Assembly: GCA_001661245.1 (NCBI GenBank) | Contig: KV454017.1 | Coordinates: forward strand, 651,903-715,902 | DNA from: Pachysolen tannophilus NRRL Y-2460 | Taxonomy: Eukaryota | Direction of reading: 5' to 3' | DNA: 64,000 nucleotides | Part shown: in pieces, positions 54,629 through 64,000 of the stretch | Position numbering within the stretch: position 1 is the stretch's first letter | How the letters are laid out: every line of letters begins with the position of its first letter | Notes under the pieces: generated by a model | Seen by the model: the letters and a program-made list of their open reading frames with translations, nothing else | Database searches by the model: none | Told to the model about the DNA's origin: nothing | Translations under genes and position numbers: made by a program

Positions 54629-54895
54629 AGGGGAAGCAATCAAATTAAATAAAACTTTGTTTTCTTTTATTTTTCTTTTTCTTTACAGGAGAAAATAAGA
54701 TAAGTTTTATTATAATATATAGTTAGTATAATACTTTTTGAAGTTTGAAAGTGGAAATTAAATAAATTATTATTAAACTGTTTTTAATAAAAGCTAGAAA
54801 TAAAATAAAAAAGAAAAAAAAAAGTATCTAAAGGTAACTCTAATTACAGAAACTTTTTAATTAATGTGATGCAATAGTAAATATAAAAATATGAC

Positions 54896-56395
54896 TTATA
54901 ACCTTGTGCTTGGAACCAAAGCAAATACACAACTCAATGCAGCAGCGCTTAAACAAATGCATAAGAAAGTCCATATACTTCTTTTTAATAAAATTTTTTT
55001 AACAAATGGCTCTTGTAATTTAACAATACCATAAAGAGAAGTATGACTTTCTGAATATCCTAAAAAACATAATATTGGATCCAAGTAATACCATGCTGTA
55101 ATAGTCAAATAACTACCAATGAAAAATGGTAATATAACCACAGCTCTTGTTGATCTTTTATAATTTAAAAAAATTAAAGTATACCCTACCCAAAATCCCA
55201 CAAACAATATGAATAATCCTAGCAGTAATCTAAATACAAAAGAAATATCTGTTATATTTGAAATGGCAACACTTGCTAAGAAATTAGGGAATGCTTCATT
55301 TTCCATTGCTCTGAATACATATTCTCTTGCCTCTTCAAATACTTCAGGATCATCACGACCTTCAACTTCTAATGCTCTTTGTATTTTTCTTGTTATATGT
55401 TCTGGTATTATTAATCTTTTGCTTGAACTATCTGTGAAATAAGTCAATATTATTCTTTTTGAAGATTCTCTTAATTTTTCTCTTGTTATAAAATCTGGTG
55501 ATTGTTGTCTTAAAGTTCCTCCTGATTTTCTATTATCTGATTTACGTTCTTGTTCTATAAATTTTTCAATCATTTCTGGTCTTATTGTTGAAATTCTCTT
55601 TGTATTATGATGATTTATACTTTTATTATCTTCATCATCATCATCTGTTCCAGAATCTGAAGTTAATAATTTTTGTCGTTGTATATGTTCTGAATTATAA
55701 ATATTTGATAAAATTTCTTCAGAATGTGAATCATCTCGAAGTTTTTCTTCTGGATCATTTAAAAGATCTAATAATGGACCAGAAGTTACGGATTGTCTAT
55801 TTAAATTTTCAATATATTCTTGTACTTCTGCATTATCTGTTATTAATCCTCTTTCACCTCTTAAAAATGCAGACATTCTATGATTATCCTCATCATCTAA
55901 AAAATTATCTTCCATTATTAAATCTAATAACATTGATGAAGTCATTGATTTCCCTCTATTATTTGTATTTTTCAATATTTTTTCATCTTCTTCTTCATCA
56001 TCATCATCTACATCTTTAAAATCATGTATTTCTTGTTTTTGAATTCCTTTAGATTCCCTTTGATTTTTCATAAAATTTTCAGCTTCTAATTTTTTTTTCA
56101 ATCCATTAACATAACATTTACAAAGAGATAAATGAGTAGCACAATCAATCCAAAAATCCAAATAATCTATTGCCCTTTGATTATCTCTCATATAACAATA
56201 AAATGACCAAATATCAACTGGGGGTCTAGTTTTCCTATTCAATACTTCATATAATGTCGGGAGTCTGTTTATTGTTATAATATTTTCCTTTGATACTTGA
56301 CTCTCCAAATCAGCAGGAGATCTATAATTTGAATTTATTATTGTATCATGTTCCAACGGATAAGAAGAAGGGATACCATCTTGCTGAGTGGACAT
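54896..56395 (-). CDS. RAX1: Bud-site selection protein Rax1 (RGS-like domain plus three TM)
   Basis: RLPTLYEVLNRKTRPPVDIWSFYCYMRD...DYLDFW, EGRDDPEVF, C-terminal VPSTRL. Confidence 0.93.
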   Translation of the reverse strand: MSTQQDGIPSSYPLEHDTIINSNYRSPADLESQVSKENIITINRLPTLYEVLNRKTRPPVDIWSFYCYMRDNQRAIDYLDFWIDCATHLSLCKCYVNGLKKKLEAENFMKNQRESKGIQKQEIHDFKDVDDDDEEEDEKILKNTNNRGKSMTSSMLLDLIMEDNFLDDEDNHRMSAFLRGERGLITDNAEVQEYIENLNRQSVTSGPLLDLLNDPEEKLRDDSHSEEILSNIYNSEHIQRQKLLTSDSGTDDDDEDNKSINHHNTKRISTIRPEMIEKFIEQERKSDNRKSGGTLRQQSPDFITREKLRESSKRIILTYFTDSSSKRLIIPEHITRKIQRALEVEGRDDPEVFEEAREYVFRAMENEAFPNFLASVAISNITDISFVFRLLLGLFILFVGFWVGYTLIFLNYKRSTRAVVILPFFIGSYLTITAWYYLDPILCFLGYSESHTSLYGIVKLQEPFVKKILLKRSIWTFLCICLSAAALSCVFALVPSTRL

Positions 56396-57151
56396 AACTT
56401 GATATATTAAGCGTAACCGCCGTTGGATTTTTCTTTTTTGTCTTTAATGATAAAAACAATACACTTTTAAATAATAATAATCAATAAAAGGATGAATGAC
56501 AGATGATATGAAAACAAAAAAAAAAACAAAGAAAAAAACAAGAAAATTAAAAAATAAAATGAAAAAAAGTTAATTAACGAAAGTAATATAATATTTAATT
56601 TCAGCTTGAAGCATTCAAACCAGGAGTGATAATTAAAGTAGGGTCAAAATATAATTCCAATTATTTTAATTAGATAAATTAGATTTCACCTTAAAATTCA
56701 TTTAACTGGGGGTATTTTAGTTTTAGTTTATTACGGCCATATTTTTGTTATTTTTCTTAGTTTTTTTCCCTAACATCTGCTAATTTTCTCGAAATGGCTG
56801 GAAATCTAAATTTTCTGTTTTTGTTTACTTTTCTAAAGTTACATAAAAATGATGCACACGACGTTTTACATTATGCACACTACTTTTTCTTTTATATTTC
56901 TTTTTTTTTTCTTTTGCTCTTTGTCTCGGAGATCATTTCCTATTATAGTAACTATGCCGCCATTGAATATAAATGTACTACAAATATATAAGTATAATAT
57001 AATATAATTAAAAGAAAGCTTTTATTAAACATATAGTATTCGTTGAAAATTGTAGAAAAAGAAGAAAAAAAAAAAAAAAAAAAAAAAAAGGGAAAAAGGG
57101 GGAAAAAAAAAGGAAAACTCCAGAATAACTGTTTTATATAAATTAAAAAAA

Positions 57152-57430
57152 NNNNNNNNNNNNNNNNNNNNNNNNNNNNNNNNNNNNNNNNNNNNNNNNN
57201 NNNNNNNNNNNNNNNNNNNNNNNNNNNNNNNNNNNNNNNNNNNNNNNNNNNNNNNNNNNNNNNNNNNNNNNNNNNNNNNNNNNNNNNNNNNNNNNNNNNN
57301 NNNNNNNNNNNNNNNNNNNNNNNNNNNNNNNNNNNNNNNNNNNNNNNNNNNNNNNNNNNNNNNNNNNNNNNNNNNNNNNNNNNNNNNNNNNNNNNNNNNN
57401 NNNNNNNNNNNNNNNNNNNNNNNNNNNNNN
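57152..57430. other. Assembly gap with duplicated flanks
   Basis: GGAAAACTCCAGAATAACTGTTTTATATAAATTAAAAAA occurs at 57112 and again at 57467. Confidence 0.95.
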
Positions 57431-57766
57431 AAAAAAAAAAGGGAAAAAAGGGGGACAAAAAAAAAAGGAAAACTCCAGAATAACTGTTTTATATAAATTA
57501 AAAAAAAAAGTATCTTTTTTGAAAATCAAACCATCATTAGTGAAAAAGTTGTCGTAGCAACTCCGAAATTAAATAAAATAAAAAAAAAAAAAAAAAAATT
57601 AAATACACATTCAAAATAATAATAATATAGTTGTAAAATTCTCACCAGTAGAACTCCAAAACCAATTAAACATACATACACACATACATATATATATATA
57701 TATATATGCAGGCTGAGGAAAACAAAGAATCAAAAAAAAAAAAAAAAGTAATCAAAAATCCAGTAA

Positions 57767-59107
57767 TTAATCACTTTTATGTAACATGTTTGGACAACCA
57801 TTTTTTTCAATATGTTCATTTAACCAAATATTATTATTACTAAAATATTGGAAACATCCAGCACATCTTCCTCCAACTTCATTTCTATGATTTGATTTTG
57901 TACCCGGTGGATAAATAAAATGTAATGCCTTTAAATGTGTCTTGTATGTATCTCTTCGCGAAAATCCACCAGTTGGATGACATTTTGTTCCCCGCGGAAC
58001 CGGCGGTGGAGATATATTTTTAAAATCTTTTAATGAACTATTATATTCTTCTGTCTTTACTTCACATTCTGGATCATTGAAAAAAGGACATACAAATGCT
58101 TTTGAAGATAAATGTTTTTTCATATGACGAGTTAAATATCCTTTAACTTTAAAAGACAGAGGACAAAACATACATTGAAATACTTGACCATTTTCTTTTG
58201 ATGATGTTGAAATTTGTAAATTTACCAGTAAATCTATATCTTGCAGTTGTTCAATTTTTAATGATTTATTTTGATTTTTTGTTTTTTTAGAATTTAAAGA
58301 ATTTTTAATTTTTTTAGAATTTATGAAAAATTCATCATCTTCTTCTTCTTGAAAATTTTCTTTTTCAATTGGTGGTGTAGTAGATATTGATGATGAATTT
58401 ATTGAGTTTGGTGAAATTCCTTTTAAAGAAGTTGTACATGAAGTATGATTACCATTATCATTTACTACTGATAATGGACTAAAATCTGATGATGAAGAAT
58501 AAATTTGTTTTTGAGTTGAAGAATCTTCAACAATTATTGGATTTAAATTCAGTTGATAAAATGGGAAATCAAATTTATTTTCATGTTCTAATAAATAATT
58601 TTCAAACATAGAATTTACTTCATTTAAATCAACTTCATATTTTAATTTTTGTACCGGTTGTGATTGACAACGTTTCTTATTAACAGGTAAGGACGATGAA
58701 ACAAGTGGAACATATCTTCTCTTGGGGACTAAAAATGGTAATGCCATTTCTTCATCTAAAGCAACTTGAGATTCAAAACTTGATGAAATTTCACTATTAA
58801 TAGTATCTGAATTATCTGTAAGAGTCTTCCTATGTTGAGGAATTACAACTGTATTATTTGGAATTGACATTGACATGGGCATAGGAATAGTCATTGGCAT
58901 AGTCATTGGAGTTGGAGTAGGTTCACCAGTATGTTCCCCAGCATGTGCCCCAGTATGTGCAGCACCTACTACTCTTTTCGGGAAACTACCACTACTAAAC
59001 CCTAAATCCAATTGGGGAGAGTTGTCAAATCTAAAAGATAAATCAAAATTGTTATTATTTTGTTGTCTTTCATCGTATAACAAACTAGAACCAACATGAT
59101 GATGAAC

Positions 59108-59139
<32 letters not shown>

Positions 59140-59542
59140 CCAGATGTTGTTGACCCAAAATATCATCACAATTACTATTATCATTTCTAGGGTTTTTATG
59201 GTAAACTTGCATATTTCTATGCGGATGTTGTTGAAGTTCAATAACCGATTGCATATCCCAATTGAATGGTATTGCGTTATTTTCATTACTTCCTAAAAAA
59301 TCAAAATCATCAACTGCACATGATATAGGACCTATGATATTATTATTATTAACTTGAGTATTTGATAAATCTAAAATTTTACCCAGAGATGGAAATAACA
59401 GATTTGTATTTTTTTTCACTTCTATATCATCTATCTGTTGTTTATTTAAATTATTTATCAAATTTTTTTGGAAAAAACCCGATAATAATGATAATCGTTC
59501 ACTGAAACTTGAAATAAAATTTAAAGGTGAAAGTAACCTTAT
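57767..59542 (-). CDS. Stp1/Stp2-family C2H2 transcription factor (SPS amino-acid sensing); start uncertain
   Basis: FKVKGYLTRHMKKH...AFVCPFF...CHPTGGFSRRDTYKTHLKALH; frame open up to a TAA at 59599-59597, but first in-frame ATG is at 59254. Confidence 0.85.
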
Positions 59543-60776
59543 ATCAAAATTGAAAATAGTAAAATGAATACTATCAATATAATTTTTTTTTTCTCCTTAG
59601 CGGAACAAAATAAACCTGTAAAGCTCCAGGACATGATGAATTTCAACCAACGTATACATATATATTTATTATTATTAATTAGCCTCTAAATGCTGATAAA
59701 CTTTTCTATTTTTTTTTTTTTTATATAATTATGTCCCAAATTATATCTCTCTTTTCTCTTTTCTTTTTGACTTAGGTAAATTAATTTTTATCATATATTG
59801 ATTGATTTATTTATATCTGATAAAACCCCAGAAGCTGTTTTTTTTTTTTTTTTTTTTTTTGAAAGGAAAGAAAAAAAAACTTTATTTTCGAATTTGTGCT
59901 ATATATAATAAGAATTTAAATTTTTTTTTTGAACTTTTTTTAGCGTTCACCATAACAAAGTTGTATCTAAAGCAAAAAAAAAAAAAAAAAAAAAAGACAC
60001 ACTTCTACACCTAGAATAATACCACTTCTAATCTCCATTAAAACTTAACTGCGAAATCTTTAGTAACAATATTTCTTATTTTTCACCTTTTTTCCTTTAT
60101 GATTTTTTTTTTTATCTCAAAATTTCTTTTTTGGTGCCGTACATCTGCGGCTCATCATCAACTGTGAATAAAGTAGCTTATCAAGACAAAAAAATCCTCA
60201 AGCCACAATTCAGAAACCAGATCGGAGTAGTTAGTAAATAGAAAATACAATAGGGACGGGACTAATTACAGTTCACAAGCCACTTTTATTTTTATTGTTG
60301 TTGTTTTTCTTGTTGTTGCTTGCACGCACTTTTCAACTGCGGTAAAAATTTTAGTTGCCTGGGCTGGCGTGTGGATAGTTCCGAGCTAGCACACAGGCGG
60401 AGAAGCACACAGGCGGACTGGTGGACTGGCAGACAGACAGACTGGGGGAATGGGAAGGAATGGGGGGAAATAATGGACTTGGGACTAGAGAGTGGAGATT
60501 GGCTAATTAGGTTACTGTGATTCATGTAACATTAAGTTGTATATTCTATAAATATCTTGGAAATAATAATAATAATAATAATAATTTTTATTTTTTTTTT
60601 TCATTCAATTGTGGAAGCAAAAGGTGATTAACTCGATTAACTCGGATAGCATTTAAAAGTGTAAAATGGCAAATTGAGAGTATAGCTTACCGAAGGTTGA
60701 TGCAATTTCATTGAAACTTTGTTATCAATTGACAAAAATTTATTCGGATATCGGACAATTCAAATAGCCGTACCTC

Positions 60777-60815
<39 letters not shown>

Positions 60816-60842
60816 CAATTCAATCAATGATTAAGTGTCTCA

Positions 60843-63215
60843 TTAAAAGTTAAACATGGATTTATATTGGAAACACCTAGTTCCCATTAAATCCCATTCT
60901 TTTTCATCCACCCACATCTCATTAACAACTTTTAATCTACCGTAAACAGATCCACCTTTCCAACATAAAATTTCAGGATCTATATCTCTGGATGAACTTA
61001 ATATCCCAACAGGTAAGATGTTTGATTCCTCAACAACGTCATTGACTTTTGTAAGTAAATTCTTTGTAATCTTAAAAGGTTCTTTTTCTTCTTTGTCCTT
61101 TTGACTTTCTTCAAAGCTTTGTCTTTCTTGTTCAATGATTCGAAATATTTCACCCAAATTTGTACAGGATAATAATTTTGACCTCCAAATGTTTAAACGA
61201 TCATAAAGAAGATTATCAAATCCACTTATCTTCGAACTACCTCCAACAATTAAAATGTTTTCATATAATTTTTTCAATTTTGAAGAATCCAGATATGAAC
61301 ACTGTGTTATAGATTCAATTATAGCTATATCTAATGGTGTGAAATTCTTAGCATCTCTGGAAATATGGTTTGATGCATTTCTTGGATTACTATTACCATT
61401 TGTTGATTTGTTCAGAATATCACTTTCTGCAAAATATGACAAGACATCCTTATCGGACATATACCCAAGTGGTTCATTTTTAACTAGATTAACCTGTCCC
61501 AATGATATCGGATCATCATACTTGCCACTAAAATAATCAATATGTTCAGGAAACAAGTGTTTGTGCATATTCCCACCATTTATACCATCTTCTAATGCTG
61601 TGGGTTTAAAAATATCAGGATAAAACAATCCCATAGCACTAATCATAACTTCATCAAAAACTTTAAATTCATATTTTTCTGTTAACTTATTTGGTTTTCT
61701 AACCATGAAATTATAAATTTGAATTGCAATATCTGCATCTTGGAAAGTTATAAATTTTTCCTTTAATTCATTTGCCAATCTGAAATCGTTAACATCATTC
61801 AAATTTATACTTGTATATGGGAATTGAGCTTCTAATAATAATTTGATAAATACTTTAGTAATATCATCACCACCATAATTAAGAGTAATTTGAGAATTAT
61901 TTAAAATCATTCCTTCATCAATACAACTAATCGTTGTGGTATGTGAACCAATATCAACAATACAACCTAATGAAATACCAGAGCCAAAAGTAGCACTAAT
62001 GCCTTCTTGTAATACTGCAATTTTACTAAAATTCAAATTATGTAAAAATAAAGTAGTCATATTTTCCACATAAGTTTTTTCATACAAGTTAGGTACAATT
62101 AAAACAATTTTATAATTATTACTATTTTTTTTAGTAATGTTGAACTCTTTAGATAACAGATTGGTAATAATGATTTCCAAATCACCCAAAACCTCTTGTG
62201 TTGACTTGTAAAGAGGATCAGTATCATTAAATGTTCCAGATTTCAAAGGCGACCTCAAGTACCATTTATCATAATTATCCAACCTTAATGCATCTGCACC
62301 AACTATATAATGAACGTTTTCATCATTATATAATTCTTCAGAGTTTAAAAATTCAAATTTATGAATATCATTATGTTCCAGAATTTGTTCAGGAACTTGT
62401 CTCTTATTAAAATTAAAACAAGTTTCATTGGAATTTGGTAATATTCTACGCTTATAATATCTCATTCTTTCTTTAAAATTTGCAAGTATTGTCTTTTTAT
62501 GTTTATGAAACTCTTCATCATTAATTATTATCGACTGCTCATTGTCTATTATTCTACTTGGGGAAACTTTGTCATTTTCTTCGAAGAGATCGTTATTTTC
62601 ACTTGTTTTACGGTATGCAATAACATTTTTCCAAACTTTTGGATAAACATCTGTTGACAAACCAATTCTAATACTTGTGGATCCAGGATGAATAACTATC
62701 ACATCAGAACCCAGCCTTACTTTTTCGCTTGTGTTATTTTCATCATCCTCTTCATCATCATCATCGTCATCCACTTCATCATCATCAGCCATTGTATTTA
62801 CATCTGGTGTTGCTGTATTTGTTACTGAAGATTGTTTAACTCTATTAGTTTTTTTCAGTTGGTTCAAATTGAAATTCACTTCTTTGATATTCCTTAATAA
62901 CGTGATTTGATCATCTTTTTTCAAATAATCAGTATAATAATTTTTTTGATTTATCAATGGAATTTGTTGAAAATTCGAAATTGGTAAATTATTTTCAGTA
63001 TCCATTCTCTTAATACCAGATTTTTCAATTTGAGATTGAATTGTTGCCATAGCCTTCAACCTCCCTTCACGTCTCTTTGCTAGAATTTCAGCCGACACCT
63101 TAACACCAGGTTGAGCACCACCTTTACGTTTCTTTTGTGCTGGCTGGACGCTAACGCCATTTTGCTTTGAGTCCGGATCAGGAGTTTGTTCTAAAGGTGT
63201 ACTAAGTTCACTCAT
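60843..63215 (-). CDS. ARP8: Actin-related protein Arp8 (INO80 complex)
   Basis: INQKNYYTDYLKKDDQ, VIVIHPGS, FKERMRYYKRRILPNS, CWKGGSV. Confidence 0.95.
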   Translation of the reverse strand: MSELSTPLEQTPDPDSKQNGVSVQPAQKKRKGGAQPGVKVSAEILAKRREGRLKAMATIQSQIEKSGIKRMDTENNLPISNFQQIPLINQKNYYTDYLKKDDQITLLRNIKEVNFNLNQLKKTNRVKQSSVTNTATPDVNTMADDDEVDDDDDDEEDDENNTSEKVRLGSDVIVIHPGSTSIRIGLSTDVYPKVWKNVIAYRKTSENNDLFEENDKVSPSRIIDNEQSIIINDEEFHKHKKTILANFKERMRYYKRRILPNSNETCFNFNKRQVPEQILEHNDIHKFEFLNSEELYNDENVHYIVGADALRLDNYDKWYLRSPLKSGTFNDTDPLYKSTQEVLGDLEIIITNLLSKEFNITKKNSNNYKIVLIVPNLYEKTYVENMTTLFLHNLNFSKIAVLQEGISATFGSGISLGCIVDIGSHTTTISCIDEGMILNNSQITLNYGGDDITKVFIKLLLEAQFPYTSINLNDVNDFRLANELKEKFITFQDADIAIQIYNFMVRKPNKLTEKYEFKVFDEVMISAMGLFYPDIFKPTALEDGINGGNMHKHLFPEHIDYFSGKYDDPISLGQVNLVKNEPLGYMSDKDVLSYFAESDILNKSTNGNSNPRNASNHISRDAKNFTPLDIAIIESITQCSYLDSSKLKKLYENILIVGGSSKISGFDNLLYDRLNIWRSKLLSCTNLGEIFRIIEQERQSFEESQKDKEEKEPFKITKNLLTKVNDVVEESNILPVGILSSSRDIDPEILCWKGGSVYGRLKVVNEMWVDEKEWDLMGTRCFQYKSMFNF

Positions 63216-63726
63216 ATTATCTTGATCACCTTTTATTTTATTTTTTTTCTTTCTTTACTTTTTACTTCTTACAAAGTACTAGTAACCAAATTTTTACACA
63301 ATCTCAAAAGAATGCCAATAATCTATTTCAAAAAATAATATCAATAACAACAGACAATTCGTATAATCTAATATTCGTTGGATGGTGATGATTACTTCTT
63401 TTTAAAAGCTTTGCACAATTTTTCACCTAAAATATTTTTATACACGACTAGTAAATTACTATCCAACTTTTCATCATTTTATTAAAATCACAGTCAAAAG
63501 ATATATAATTGAATACAAGGAAAATGAAATTGAATGAAATCAAATGAAATCAAATGATATGAAAAAAAAAGGGGGGAAAAATGGAATAAAAATATATATA
63601 TATATTTTTTTTTAATTATATAGTCACAGAATATTTTATCTCAACAATAATCGTTACAATCATCATTATTGTCATTGTCATCATCATAATATCGTTATCA
63701 TGTTGATCACATTACCTCCTCATCCT

Positions 63727-64000
63727 CTATTTAGCTTCTTTTAACTCTTGCTTGTCTTGTTCACCTTGGGTTTTCTCTTTTTCTTTTAATGCATCAACTA
63801 ACCCTTCATCTAAAAATAAATTTTCTTGAATATTCCACAATTCTTTATACAATGAGTTCTCCTTTGCCAATAAATGATAATGTGTGCCTTCTTCTAAAAC
63901 AACACCTTTATCTAATACAATGATCTTATCACTATCAGCAACTGTTCTCAATCTATGTGCAATGGAAACACTTGTATTTTGATTTTTTTTGAAAATTTCG
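63727..64000 (-). CDS. ATM1: Mitochondrial ABC transporter Atm1, 3' end (runs off the window)
   Basis: [24 protein letters not shown]...[11 protein letters not shown]. Confidence 0.85.
   Translation of the reverse strand, partial: EIFKKNQNTSVSIAHRLRTVADSDKIIVLDKGVVLEEGTHYHLLAKENSLYKELWNIQENLFLDEGLVDALKEKEKTQGEQDKQELKEAK

Noticed and set aside
54722..54728. Isolated minus-strand TACTAAC (another at 60230-60236)
   Set aside because: No convincing donor or exon could be built around either
57080..57510. Direct repeat flanking the gap, resembling an LTR or target-site duplication
   Set aside because: The copies differ mainly in homopolymer lengths, typical of overlapping unmerged contig ends

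Overview
AT-rich nuclear DNA from a budding yeast (Saccharomycotina), with three N-gaps. The window holds about 30 protein-coding genes and one tRNA-Asp(GTC). I found no transposon, CRISPR array or prokaryote-type system. Main points: (1) in-frame CTG codons fall at Ala or small-residue positions of conserved motifs, indicating the CUG=Ala code (Pachysolen/Nakazawaea/Peterozyma type), so the supplied ORF track is probably mistranslated at CTG; (2) two genes missing from the ORF track were reconstructed, a three-exon SPO12 and the 25-codon RPL41; (3) introns were resolved in RPL35, RBS1 and VMA1 (all with an ATG-only first exon) and in AMA1 (weak GTAAAG donor at the site of the Mer1-regulated intron of S. 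cerevisiae); (4) an Stp1/Stp2-type factor has no AUG for its apparent N-terminal regulatory region and lies behind two uORFs; (5) an Mks1 (Lys80) homologue with a DUF3295-type tail sits next to LYS2; (6) VMA1 is intein-free; (7) ancient synteny blocks are retained but interleaved. Homologue comparisons are from memory, not from database searches.
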